A stretch of 64,000 nucleotides of DNA from an uncultured Alphaproteobacteria bacterium (GTDB taxonomy: Bacteria > Pseudomonadota > Alphaproteobacteria > Rhodobacterales > Rhodobacteraceae). Where the stretch lies: the NCBI GenBank assembly GCA_963738635.1, contig CAVTXE010000001.1, positions 328,173-392,172 on the forward strand. The letters run 5' to 3'. A model generated the notes under the pieces. The model did not search any database. It saw only the letters and a list, made by a program, of their open reading frames with translations, and had not been told where the DNA came from. Numbering within the stretch: the stretch's first letter is position 1; every line of letters starts with the position of its first letter. Both the position numbers and the translations under genes were made by a program. Of this stretch, positions 1 through 12,030 are shown piece by piece.

Positions 1-277
1 GCGCCGCCCGCCCAGTCGGTCCCGAACCAGCCGTCCAGCGCATAAAGCGGCTCGATCCAGAAGAACTGCTTCAGCCAGAGCAAGTAGCGGACGATGCATC
101 GGCTGGTCCGCGCCCATCGCCGCGATCATCTTCTGGCGCACCTCGGGCGGAATCGTCAGCGGAATGTCCGACAGCGGGCTGCCCGGGGCCAGATCGACGA
201 TCAGGAAGATCACAAGGCTGATCAGCAGCAGCGTCGGGATCGCCAGCAGCAGTCGCCGCAGCGACGAAGGTCAGCAT
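1..277 (-). pseudogene. Peptide/nickel ABC transporter permease (DppB/OppB-like), N-terminal part; runs off the window; frame broken near 245
   Basis: The minus strand reads MLTFV from ATG 277. One frame over it reads RRLLLAIPTLLLISLVIFLIVDLAPGSPLSDIP, a typical TM1 of these permeases. It lies directly downstream of the SBP gene. Confidence 0.7.
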
Positions 278-356
278 GTGTCGGGTGCGCCTTCAGATGC
301 GGGTGCGGAAACGAAAAGGGCTGCGGATGCACGCGGCACCCGCAGCCCCCGTCACG

Positions 357-2062
357 TCACTTCACGCGGAACCAGTCCGACGCGTTCCACAGCTCGCTGT
401 CCCAGGTGTTCAGGACCACGCCGCCCAGGCTGTTGGCATGGGCCGACAGACGACCGCGATCGACCAGCGCGATCGACGCATGGCCGTCCTTCGTCACCAT
501 GTCGTTCAGCTTCTTGACCAGCTCATAGCGCTTTTCCGGCTCGGCCGCCGAAGACAGCTCGGCCAGCATCGCGTCATAGGCCGGGTCGCAGAAGCGGGTG
601 ATGTTCTCGCCCTGCCACTGGTTGTCCGGCCCCGGGATTTTCGAGCAGAGGTACTGCGTCATGTAGGGTTCCGGGTCGGTGCCGTCGAAGTTGTTGGCGT
701 ACATCTCGACGTCCGCATAGAACTTCTGGAAGGTGTCGGGCGATCCGGCGTCGCCGCCGAAGAACACGCCCGGGTCGATGGATTCAGCTCGACCTCGACG
801 CCGAGCTCGGTCCACCAGCCCTTGATCAGCGCCTGGAAGTCCTGGCGCACCGGGTTGACGGTCGACTGGTAGAGGATCGCGAACTTCTTGCCGTCCTTGT
901 CGCGCACGCCGTCGCCGTCGCTGTCGGTCCAGCCCGCAGCGTCCAGCAGCGCCTTGGCGCCTTCCATGTCCTGCGTCAGGCAGGCCGTGTTGTCCGACGC
1001 ATAGACCTCCGGCGCCGGGACCAGGTTGCAGGTCGGCCGGCCCGCCGCGCCGTAGCCGATATCGACCAGCGCCTGCCGGTCGATCGCCATCGACAGCGCC
1101 TTGCGCACGTTCACGTCCGACAGGATCGGATGCGGGTGCTTCACGGTCGAACGCTCGCCTTCGGGCAGGTCCGCCGACGGGTCGGTCAGGTTCACCTCGA
1201 TCCGCTCGACCAGCGTGCCGAAAGCGTTGATGAACACGCCCTTGCCGCCGCCCGCCATCTGCGCCTGAAGGTCCGGGTTGATCTGGGTGTTCCAGGCATA
1301 GTCGAACTCGCCCGTCTCCATCACCGCAGCGCGCCGCCGCCTGCGCGTCGCCGCCGCCTTTCAGCGTCACGGTCGCGAAGGCGGGCTTCGCCGGGTCGCG
1401 GTAGTTCGGGTTCGCCGCTAGCACCACCACGTCGTTGGCCTTGAAGTCCGTCACGATGAACGGCCCGGTGCCGATCGGCTTGGAGTTCGGCTCGGTGCAG
1501 TCTGCCGCCGCGGCGCCGAGGCACTGTTCGAACTGCGCCTTCTGCAGGATCGGCGCGGTGCCGCCCGTGAACGGCTGATAGGGATAGGGCTTCGGTGCCG
1601 CGAACTTCACGACCACCGTCTGCGGGTCCGGCGTCTCGACCGCCGACACGCCTTCGTATTTCGCGCCCTGCGCGCAGCCGCCTTCGGGATGCGTGCAGTA
1701 TTCCCAGGTGAACTTGACGTCCTCGGAGGTCACCGGCGTGCCGTCCGACCAGATCAGGCCCGGCAGCAGCTTCCAGGTGATCGATGTCAGGTCTGCCGCG
1801 ACGCCGCCGTTCTCGACCGTCGGGATGCCCTCGACCAGACGCGGGAACAGCTCGCCCTTCTCGTCGAAGCCGGCCAGCGGCTCCAGCACCAGCGATCGCG
1901 GCCTCGATGTCCTTGGTGCCGGATGGACAGATAGGCGTTCATGATCGACACCGCCTGATAGTAGAGGATGTTGACCTGGCCGTCGGACCCCCGCTCGGCG
2001 AAGGCCGCCGGGGCCAGCGCCATGACGGCGGCAGCGCCCAGAAGGGCTGATTTCAGCTTCAT
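357..2062 (-). pseudogene. ABC transporter substrate-binding protein, family 5 (peptide/nickel), at least 3 frame switches
   Basis: ORF pieces 1787..2173, 357..1889 and 659..1324 tile one SBP. The first piece carries the signal peptide MKLKSALLGAAAVMALAPAAFA from ATG 2062. AAGGAG lies upstream of 2062. Frame switches are near 1900, 1330 and 780. Confidence 0.8.
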
Positions 2063-2178
2063 TGTAGTGCTCCTTGTTGGATTGGCTCGATTGCCTCGGG
2101 GCGGCCGGTTGATCCGGCGCCTGAGGTTATTCGGGTCACGAAATGGCAGGCGGCGAACCGCGCCCGGCGCCACTTCGG

Positions 2179-3118
2179 TCAGTTTCGGCTCGTCGGTCCG
2201 GCAGATCGGCCTGGACCTCCGGGCAGCGGGTGCAGAAGTTGCAGCCCTTGCGGCGGATTGGCCGGTGACGGCACGTCGCCCTTCAGGATGATCCGCTTGC
2301 GGCGCGCCTCGACCTCGGGTCGGGCTCCGGCACCGCCGACAGCAGCGCCTGCGTGTAGGGGTGCAGCGGCTTCTCGTACAGCGCGTCGCGCGGCCGCGAT
2401 CTCGACGATCTGGCCCAGATACATCACCGCCACCCGGTCGCGATGTGGCGCACCATCGACAGGTCGTGGCTGATGAACAGATAGGTCAGCCCGAGCTGGT
2501 CCTGCAGATCCTCCAGCAGGTTCACCACCTGCGCCTGGATCGACACGTCCAGCGCCGCGATCGGCTCGTCGCAGACGATGAACTTCGGGTTCAGCGCCAG
2601 CGCCCGCGCGATGCCGATGCGCTGCCGCTGCCCGCCCGAGAACTCGTGCGGATAGCGGTTGGCGAAGCCGCGGTTCAGCCCGACCGCGTCCATCAGCTCG
2701 TAGACCCGCGCCGCCGCGCCGGCCGTGCCAGCGTCGCATGTTCGTCGCAGCGGCTCGCCGATGATCGTCGCCCACCGTCATGCGCGGGTTCAGGCTGGCC
2801 TGCGGGTCCTGGAAGACCATCTGCATCGTCGGGCGCATCTTGCGCAGCGTCTCGCCGTCCGCCGCCGCGATGTCGCTGCCCGTCGATCTTGATCGACCCC
2901 GCCGTCGGCTCGTAGAGCCGCAGGATCGCGCGCCCCGTCGTCGACTTGCCGCAGCCCGACTCGCCACCAGCCCCAGCGTCTCGCCCTGCGCGGATGTCGA
3001 AGCTGATGTCGTCCACCGCCTTCACGTCGCCGACCTTGCGCCGCAGAACGCCCCGCATGGATCGGGAAATACATCTTGAGGTTCCGCACCTCGACCAGAT
3101 TGCCGCGCGGGGGCCGCA

Positions 3119-3119
<1 letters not shown>
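2179..3119 (-). pseudogene. Oligopeptide/dipeptide ABC transporter ATP-binding protein (DppF/OppF-like), multiple frame switches
   Basis: Pieces 2790..3122, 2693..3058, 2424..2693 and 2179..2967 carry GESGCGKST (Walker A), [33 protein letters not shown] and the C-terminal tail ILKGDVPSP. Confidence 0.8.
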
Positions 3120-4145
<1,026 letters not shown>

Positions 4146-4348
4146 AGGTCGCTCCCCGGTCGTCGTATTCTTCTGGTTCGTGCCGACTTTGCACCCGGGG
4201 GTCCGGGGCCTGCCGGTTCTGGGGCGGAGTGTCAGACATTTTTCGCAGTGCGGCAACAACCATTCTGTGTGCCGTGCCGTGGCGTAACAGCAGCAGAATG
4301 CACGATGCCGGGGCGGCGCGGACCGTCCCTCCGGCATCGGTCAGGCGG

Positions 4349-5303
4349 TCAGACCGGATTGATCAGCGCCCGCCCTTCGGCAAAGGCCAGAAGGTTCTCG
4401 ACCGCCATCATCCCCATCGCGGTCCTGACCTCCGACGTCGCCGTTCCCAGATGCGGCAGCAGGGTGACATTGTTCAATGCCTTCAAGGCCTCGGGCACCA
4501 CGGGCTCGCGTTCATAGACATCCAGCCCCGCCCCCGCGATCCGGCGTTCTGTCAGGGCCGCGATCAGGGCCGCCTCATCCACAACGTCCCCCCGCGCGAT
4601 GTTGACCAGATGCGCATGGGGCTGCATCGCGGCCAGCGCATCGGCCCCGATGATGTGCCGTGTCGCGGGGCCGCCCGGCACCGCCGTCACAACGAAATCC
4701 CCCGCCGCCATCGCCTCGGCCACCGTGGCGGCCTGCACCGCAGGCATCCCGGCATCGGCCACGGGGGACCGGTTGAAGAACACGATCCGCATCCCGAAAC
4801 CGAAATGCGCGCGCCGCGCGATGGCTTTGCCGATCCGCCCCATGCCGATGATCGCCAGCGTCTTGCCGGTCACATGCTGGCCCAGCATCTGCACCGGGTG
4901 CCAGCCCGTCCATTGCCCCGCCCTGACCAGCCGCTCGCCCTCCGACGCGCGCCGCGCAGACATAAGGATCAGCATCATCGCGATGTCCGCCGTGGCATCG
5001 GTCACGGCGCCCGGCGTGTTCGTCACGGCGATGCCCTTGGCCTTGGCCGCCGCCGCGTCGATATGGTTGTAGCCGACCCCGAAGTTCGCCAGCAGGCGGC
5101 AGCGCGGTGCGTCCACCGCATCGAACGCCGACGTCCCGAAGGCATCGCCCAGCGTCGGCAGCACCGCATCGATAGTCGCGCAGCGCCGCCGCCGCTTCCT
5201 CCGCCGACATCGGGCGCCCCAGCTCGCGCAGCGTCACGTCGAACCGCGCCCGCGCCGCCGCTATGACCGCATCCGGCAGCAGCCGCGTGATCAGCACGCG
5301 CAT
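4349..5303 (-). pseudogene. D-2-hydroxyacid dehydrogenase (glyoxylate/hydroxypyruvate reductase family), one frame switch near 5165
   Basis: The N-terminus MRVLITRLLPDAVI comes from ORF 4575..5303. The body comes from ORF 4349..5164, with the NAD fold IIGMGRIGKAIA and the NIARG...D...LD catalytic region. Confidence 0.8.
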
Positions 5304-5639
5304 CAGAACAGCCGCCCGCCGATGGGCACCTCATGCCCCGGACCGATCAGCACCACCTCGCCATCGGCATCCGGCACACCCAGCGTCAGAACCTCGGACT
5401 TCACCGGCCCGATCTGGCGCGGCGGGAAATTGACGACGGCCAGCACCTGCCGCCCGATCAGTTCCTCCGAGCGTATAGTGCTTGGTGATCTGCGCCGAGG
5501 ACCGCTTTTCCCCGATCTCCGGCCCGAAATCGATCCAGAGCTTGTAGGCGGGTTTCCGCGCCTCGGGGAACGGTTCCGCCCGCGTGATCCGGCCGACGCG
5601 GATATCCACCTTCATGAAATCGTCGAACGTGATCGTCAC
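5304..5639 (-). pseudogene. tRNA-binding protein (CsaA/EMAP-like), one frame switch near 5460
   Basis: ORF 5331..5639 reads [43 protein letters not shown]. My own translation of the next frame gives [54 protein letters not shown] and a stop at 5304. Confidence 0.75.
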
Positions 5640-6455
5640 TTCCCCAGCTCCCGTCCCCGGTCCGCCGCCGCCTTCACCGCCCGTTTCAGCAGCGCCGGAA
5701 ACCCCGTCGCCTCATCCATCAGCACGCCCAAGCGCCGCCGCCGTCGTGCCCCGCGGGCGAGGTGACGTTCACCCGCAGCTGCGTCGGCGTTTCCGTGCGC
5801 CTGCTCCGCCAGCGCCCCGGCCCCCGCCACCGTCGCGCGGGCCAGTTGCATCGACAGGCCCGCAGGCAGCCCCTCCGCCTCGCCCGCCGCCGCCAGCGTC
5901 TCGATCAGGTGGAACACATAGGCCGGCCCCGACCCGCTGACCGCCGTCACCGCGTCCATCTGATGCTCGCCCTCCAGCCGCACCACCTGGCCCACCGCGC
6001 CCAGCAGCGCCCTCGGCCAGCCGCATATGCGCCTCGGTCGCCCGCGCGTTGCCGGTCATCGCGGTGATCCCCCGCCCGATGGCCGCCGGGGTGTTCGGCA
6101 TCGCCCGGATCACCGGCGATTCCGCCCCAAGAACGCGCCTCATAGCTTGCGATCGTCGTCCCCGCCGCGATCGACAGGAACAGCGTCGCGCCGCCGCCCA
6201 TCGCCGCGATCGACGGGCAGCGCCGCCCCCATCATCTGCGGCTTGACCGCGATCAGCACGACGGCGGGCGATGCGGGCAGGTCTGCGTTCAGGTGCACGC
6301 CCGTGCCGCTGCACCCAGTCCGACGGGTTCGGCTCGATCACCCAGACCGACGCCGCAGGCAGACCCTGCTTCAGCCAGCCCTCCAGCATGGCCGACCCCA
6401 TCTTGCCGCAGCCCAGAAGCACCAGCCCCCGGGCCTTGACCGCATCCATGTCCAT
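5636..6455 (-). pseudogene. proC: Pyrroline-5-carboxylate reductase, several frame switches
   Basis: The N-terminus MDMDAVKARGLVLLGCGKMGSAMLEGW starts at ATG 6455. The middle reads IRAMPNTPAAIGRGITA. The C-terminus SGSGPAYVFHLIETLAAAGEAEGLP comes from ORF 5636..5995. Confidence 0.85.
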
Positions 6456-6483
6456 GAAACCCTCCGCGCATCGGAGGGAAAGG

Positions 6484-6989
6484 TTATGCGCGCCCGTAGG
6501 CCTCGGCAATGGCGACCTGCATCGCCTTTTCCGGGCTGTCGTCGCCCCAGGCGACCAGCTGGAACGCCGGATAGAACCGCTCCGACTGCCGACACCGCCT
6601 GGCCGATCAGCCGGTCGATCTGCTCCGGGCTGGCCGTCTGCCCGCCGGTCAGCACCAGGCCATAGCGCCAGACCATCAGCTTCTGTTCGCGCCACCAGGT
6701 GAAGGCCCCCGACCAGCACCATGTCGTTGGTGCGGTTCAGCACCTCGTAGAGGTTCGCCAGCTTGTCCTCCGGCGGGTCCATCTCGAACGTGCAGATCAG
6801 CCGCAGCGTCTCGTCATAGCCCGACCAGGCCAGCGTGATCGAATAGGTCCGCCACTGCCCTTCGACCGCCATCGCGATCTGGTCGTCGGTGACGCGGTCG
6901 AACTCCCAGTCATGGTGTTCCGCCAGCGTCTCGACGATGTCGATGGGGTGCAGATCCTCGGTTCCGAGGAAGTCTTCGGAAAGCGCCAT
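6484..6989 (-). pseudogene. YbjN domain-containing protein, frame switches
   Basis: The N-terminus MALSEDFLGTEDLHPIDIVETLAEHHDWEFDRV...AMAVEGQWRTYSITLAWS starts at ATG 6989. After frame changes the C-terminus reads MVWRYGLVLTGG...ERFYPAFQLVAWGDDSPEKAMQVAIAEAYGRA. The ybjN-proC arrangement is typical. Confidence 0.7.
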
Positions 6990-7217
6990 GCCCGGGCCTC
7001 TTTTATCGTTAGCCTCTAGCGGGCCTGAACCCACCAAAAGCTGGGTGTCTTTAATAGGAACGGCGTTTGCCTGCAACCGCCCCTACCAGATATGGTGTAG
7101 GCAAAGGCCTGACCTGTAAAGGCATATTTTCGCGACCGGGACGGTTGCCCACAGGATTTTCGCTGCATTGCGGAAAAGCGCAGTCGCGTCAGGGTGCTGG
7201 CGGTCGTCAGACCCGCC

Positions 7218-8234
7218 TCAGATCGCCCGCCCGCTGTCCACGTCGCGGTTGCCTTCCCAGCGCGTCACCTTCGCGCGCGATCCCGGGAAGAAGTACGCCC
7301 CGCGCGAATTCGCGCCCAGCCAGTTGCCGATGAACTCGATGCGCGGATTGTCCCAGCCCGGCTGTCCGCCCGATTCAATATGAATAGGGAACGATTTGCC
7401 GGGGTCGTAGTGGGCCACGTTTTCCTCGAAGGTCAACCATTCAACGGGCACACTGCCGGTGTTGTAGCGGTCCTTCTTGTTGCGCACGATCCGCCAGATG
7501 TTGTTGATCCCGATCGCGTTGCCCGCCGCCGTGTGGTCGATCAGGTTGCGCCGCCAGATCACATGCCCCGCCGCGCCCCCGATCGTGCCCACATCCGCGT
7601 GCGGCGCTGTCCCGTTCACCGCCCATTGCGGTCCGAAATAGCACTCCTCGATCACTTCCTCGCCGCCCGGTACGCCGTAGGTATAGGTGTGATCCTGCGG
7701 AAACCCCTCGAACCGGCTGCGCCGCAGCATCCGCATCCGCCCGGTGCGCAGCCCGTTCCCTGCACCGCGCTCCTGCCCGGCCAGCGCCTTCGACGGCCCG
7801 CCGACCTTGCCGTAGGTGCCGTGGATTTCCATGAACTCGGCCCATTCCAGATCGCCCTCGACTCCGATCTGCACCGGATAGAGCGGCCCGCCCTGCTTCG
7901 CGCCCCGGACCCCCGTGGACAGGACGTTGGCGATGCTCGCCCGCCCCTTCACGTGGATGCCGCGCCCGCCGAGGTCCCAGCCGTCCAGCGTCACGCCGCC
8001 GGTCAGGATCACATTGGTGTCGGTCAGCGTCGCACCCTTGGGCAACGGGTCCTCGCCCGCCAGTTTCAGGCCCTTGGCCGACATCACGCCGTTCGGCGTC
8101 GTCTTCTTGCGCAGACCTTCGATGAAGCCGCGCAGATCGGTCGCCGCCGCCGCCGGTTTCACCTGCGCCGCGACGGTCATCGCCAGACCGGCAGCGCCCG
8201 CGATCACCGCACGGCGGTTCATCCGCATTGCCAT
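7218..8234 (-). CDS. Hypothetical exported protein with a twin-arginine-type signal peptide
   Basis: The protein begins MAMRMNRRAVIAGAAGLAMTVAAQVKPAAAA and continues for about 300 aa with no family I can name. The frame is intact. The track ORF 7218..8642 is an artefactual read-through from ubiK. Confidence 0.6.
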   Translation of the reverse strand: MAMRMNRRAVIAGAAGLAMTVAAQVKPAAAATDLRGFIEGLRKKTTPNGVMSAKGLKLAGEDPLPKGATLTDTNVILTGGVTLDGWDLGGRGIHVKGRASIANVLSTGVRGAKQGGPLYPVQIGVEGDLEWAEFMEIHGTYGKVGGPSKALAGQERGAGNGLRTGRMRMLRRSRFEGFPQDHTYTYGVPGGEEVIEECYFGPQWAVNGTAPHADVGTIGGAAGHVIWRRNLIDHTAAGNAIGINNIWRIVRNKKDRYNTGSVPVEWLTFEENVAHYDPGKSFPIHIESGGQPGWDNPRIEFIGNWLGANSRGAYFFPGSRAKVTRWEGNRDVDSGRAI

Positions 8235-8248
8235 GACCCCAAAGCCCC

Positions 8249-8525
8249 TCAGACCGCGTCGCCCTTGGTCTTCCGCGCCGGCTTCGCCGCCGCCTCCATC
8301 GCATCCAGCCGCGCCTTCAGCGCCTCGTTTTCTTCGCGCGCCTTCGGCCGCCATCGCCCGCACCGCGTCGAATTCCTCGCGCGTCACGAAATTCCGGTCG
8401 GCCATCCAGCGGTCGATCCAGCCCTTCATCGCCGTCTCGGCCTCGGTCCTTGCACCCTGCGCAACGCCCATCGCATTGGTCATCAGCTTCGACAGGTCAT
8501 CGAAAATCTTGTTGGACGTGTTCAT
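8249..8525 (-). pseudogene. ubiK: Accessory factor UbiK family protein, one frame switch
   Basis: The N-terminus [59 protein letters not shown] starts at ATG 8525. The coiled-coil tail lies in the neighbouring frame and ends ...KTKGDAV with a stop at 8249. Confidence 0.7.
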
Positions 8526-8636
8526 CGCGGCCTCCGTGCGAAACTGCAGCCTATATGGTCCGCCGGCAGCCTTCAATGCACAAGGTTGACAATGCCGCAG
8601 CTGCGCGCGGTCAGTCAGTCGCGACCCGGAGAGATC

Positions 8637-9548
8637 ATGCACGCCGCCATCCCCTTCCCCGACATCGGTCCCGCCCTGTTCATCGATCGCGGTCGCTGGA
8701 TACGAATTCGCGCTGCGCTGGTATGCGCTGGCCTATATCGCCGGCATCCTGCATCGGCTGGCGCTATCGTCGCAGCGCTGATGCGCCGCCCGGCGCTCTG
8801 GCCGGCGGGCGCGCACCGATGGAGCCCGCGCGGGCCGAGGACCTGCTGACCTGCGATGATCCTCGGCGTGATCATCGGCGGCCGGCTCGGCTACGTGCTG
8901 TTCTATCAGCCGGCCTATTACCTGGCGCACCCCGGCGAAATCCTCGCGGTCTGGCAAGGCGGCATGTCCTTTCACGGCGGCTTTCTCGGCGTCGTGGCGG
9001 CGGGTCTCGGCTTCTGCCGCCGCAACGGCTTCCGATCCTGCGCGTCGCCGACGCGATGGCGCTGGCCGCGCCGATCGGCCTGTTCTTCGGGCGCATCGCC
9101 AACTTCATCAATGCCGAACTCTGGGGCCGCCCGACCGACCTGCCCTGGGCCGTGATCTTTCCGGGCGAGGCCGCGCAGACCTGCGCGGGGATCGGCCCAG
9201 GCCCTGCGCCCGCCACCCGTCCAGCTCTACGAGGCGGGGCTGGAGGGGCTGGTCCTCGGCCTCGTGCTCCTGTTCCTCCGTCCGGCGCGGCGCGCTGAAG
9301 CCGCCGGGCGCATCATCGGCGCTCTTCCTGTCGGCTACGGCCTGCGCGCGTGTTCGTCGAAGTGTTCCGCCAGGCCGACGCCCAGTTCATCACGCCGGAC
9401 AACCCTTACGGCCACGTCATCGGCGGCGCGCGCATGCGGCCTGTCGATGGGGCAGGTCCTGTCCCTGCCGATGATCGCCGCGGGCCTATGGCTGCTTCGC
9501 CGGCCCGCCGCGCTGCGGCCGGCGCGCATGACCCCGCTCGCCCGCTGA
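8637..9548 (+). pseudogene. lgt: Prolipoprotein diacylglyceryl transferase, at least 4 frame switches
   Basis: The pieces read [15 protein letters not shown] (ATG 8637), [69 protein letters not shown] (by shifted reading) and SMGQVLSLPMIAAGLWLL. Confidence 0.85.
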
Positions 9549-10624
9549 TCCTCGCCCGCGATCGCGGCCGAAGGGCCGATGCGCCTCGCCGACTACATGG
9601 CCGCCTGCCTGCTGCACCCGGAGCACGGCTATTACACGACCCGCGACGCCCTTCGGCCGCGACGGCGATTTCACCACCGCCCCCGAAATCAGCCAGATGT
9701 TCGGCGAAATGATCGGCGCCTGGCTGGCGCAGGTCTGGATCGACCAGGGCCGCCCCGACCCCTTCGTGCTGGCCGAACTCGGCCCCGGCCGCGGCACGCT
9801 GATGGCCGACATCCTGCGCGTCGCGCCCGCCTGCCCGGCATGCGCGCCGCCGCCGCGCGTGCATCTGGTCGAAGCCTCGCCCGCGCTGCGCGCCCGGCAG
9901 GCTGCCGCGCTGGCCGAGGCACGCGCCGCGACTGGCACGACCGATCGCCACTCTGCCCGATGGCCCGCTGTTTCTGGTCGCCAACGAGTTCTTCGATGCC
10001 CTGCCGATCCGCCAGTTCCTCCGCACGGGCGACCGCATGGGCGCGAACGGCTGGTCGGTCTGGCCGACGGCGCGCTGACCTTCGGCCTTGCGCCGCCGCG
10101 CCGGATCGCAGCGCTGGACGCGTCGCCTGCACGACACGACGCCGACGGCGACGTGGTCGAAGACTGCCCCGCCCTGCCTGCCATCGCCGCGGCCATCGCC
10201 GCGCCGCATCGCCCGTCACGGCGGCGCGGCGCTGGTCATCGACTACGGCGGCTGGGGCAGCGCTCGGCGACACGTTCCAGGCGCTGCGCGGCCACGCGCG
10301 CGCCGACCCGCTGGCCGAGCCCGGCACGGCCGACCTGACCGCGCATGTCGATTTCGCGCGCCCTGCGCCGACGCCTTCGCACCGGCGGCGCGGCCGTCGA
10401 CCGCGATGACCGACAGGGCGTCTTTCTGGAACGCCTCGGCATCACCGCCCGCGCGCAGGCGCTTGCCGCGGTCGCTGACCGGCCCCGCGCGCGACAGCCC
10501 ACATCGCCGCGCATCGGCGCTTGACCCACCCCGAGGAAATGGGAAGGCTGTTCAAGGTGATCGCCTGCCATCCGCCGGAACGCCCTCGCCGCCCGGACTG
10601 GACGCGGCACCGGACACCGCCTGA
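9528..10624 (+). pseudogene. Class I SAM-dependent methyltransferase (MidA/NDUFAF7-like, DUF185), several frame switches
   Basis: The pieces read MRLADYMAACLLHPEHGYYTTRD, then ISQMFGEMIGAWLAQVWIDQGRPDPFVLAELGPGRGTLMADILRV, then LTHPEEMGRLFKVIACHP. The conserved N-terminal residues seem to start at ATG 9528, but an in-frame TGA lies at 9546, so the start is uncertain (9528 or 9579). Confidence 0.7.
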
Positions 10625-11391
10625 TGCCCGATACGCTGGAAATCCTGACCCGATCCGGCGCTGCATCCGCTGCGCCACGGCTTCTTCACCCGCCGCGGCG
10701 GCGCGTCTTCGGGCATTTTCCAGGGCCTGAACTGCGGCACCGGCATCGTCGGACCAGACCGAGGCCGTCGCGGTCAACCGCGCCCGCGTCGCCGACGCGA
10801 TGGGCTGTGCCGCCCGAAGCACTGGTCGGGTGCACCAGGTGCATTCGCCCGATGTCGTCGCCGGTCACCGGACCGCTGACCGACGCCCGTCAAGGCCGAC
10901 GCGCTGGTGACGGCCACGCCGGGCCTGGCGCTGACCGTGCTGACCGCCGACTGCCAGCCCGTCCTGTTCGCCGATACCGAGGCGCGGCGTGATCGGCGCC
11001 GCGCATGCCGGCTGGCGCGGTGCGCTGTCGGGCGTGCTGGAGGCGACGGTCGACGCGATGGAGGCGCTTGGTGCCCGCCGTGACCGCATCCGCGCCGTCA
11101 TCGGCCCGTCGATCAGCCAGCGCGCCTACGAGGTCGGGCCGGAGTTCGTCGACGCCTTCCTGGCCGACGATCCCGGCAATTGACCGCTACTTTCGCGCAG
11201 GCAACTCCGACCGGGCGATGTTCAGCCTGCAATCCTACAGTCGTGACCGGCTGCGCGCCGCCGGCATCGCCGGGGCAACGTGGACCGGACATTGCACCTA
11301 TTCCGACGCCGGCCGGTTCTATTCCTACCGGCGCAGTCAGCAGGATCGCCAGGCTGACTACGGCCGCCTGATCTCTGCCATTCGCCTATAG
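10624..11391 (+). pseudogene. pgeF: Peptidoglycan editing factor PgeF (YfiH/laccase-domain, DUF152), several frame switches
   Basis: The pieces read MPDTLEILT, LTVLTADCQPVLFAD (shifted frame), VIGAAHAGWRGALSGVLEATVDAM...IGPSISQRAYEVGPEF and FSLQSYSRDRLRAAGI...CTYSD...FYSYRR. Confidence 0.8.
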
Positions 11392-12030
11392 GTCCGCCGC
11401 AGCCCGCGCGCCCTGCGGCATTGGCCCGATTTCAGCCCCAATCAGTCTATGCCAATGCTGGCCAATGCACCATCTACTAATCTGAAATTATTGTGAAATA
11501 ATGGCCTGTTTCAGTTGCCCATCTTACAGACAATCAGTCGGTTTGTTTCCATTTCAGATGACAAAACTCCGCCGCATTGGCGGGCGACACTCGCCGGGAT
11601 GAAGATGACTGCGGCCGGGTACCGCGACACGACCCGGCAAGGAGAGCGCGATGACACAGACCCCCCGCTGGATGACCGCTGTTCTGCGCGAAAGCCAACT
11701 GGACCTGCACGTCCTGCCCTGGCAGCGCGGATACCGGTCTGCCGACCGATCACCCGTCCCTGCCGCCAAGCCATCGGCAACGCGCCGCTCAGACGCTGCG
11801 CGAAATCGCCTGATTCTCCCGCTTCTTCGCAGCGTGACCCAAGGTTAACCGCCACAGGGGCCATTCGCGTGGACAAAGCCGCTTCGCCGACCCGCATTGC
11901 CACGCTTCAATACCGGAATGATCGGATTGTTTTGACAATAGGCAGTGCTTCGGACATTCGTTTCCCTTGTGACCCGTGGCTTACGGTGGGGACCGGCGCG
12001 GGTAGTTAACCAGTTCGGAAGGCTTTTGTA

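Noticed and set aside
5769-7076. A 435-aa ORF spanning ybjN and proC.
   Set aside because: It is a chimera. Recognisable YbjN sequence (from ATG 6989), garbled out-of-frame stretches and ProC segments (from ATG 6455) alternate within it. These are two genes with several frame switches.
7218-8642. A 474-aa ORF as a single protein.
   Set aside because: The N-terminal about 90 aa are UbiK, whose coiled-coil tail and stop (8249) are in the adjacent frame. The exported protein starts with its own Tat-like signal at 8234. The fusion is caused by one indel.
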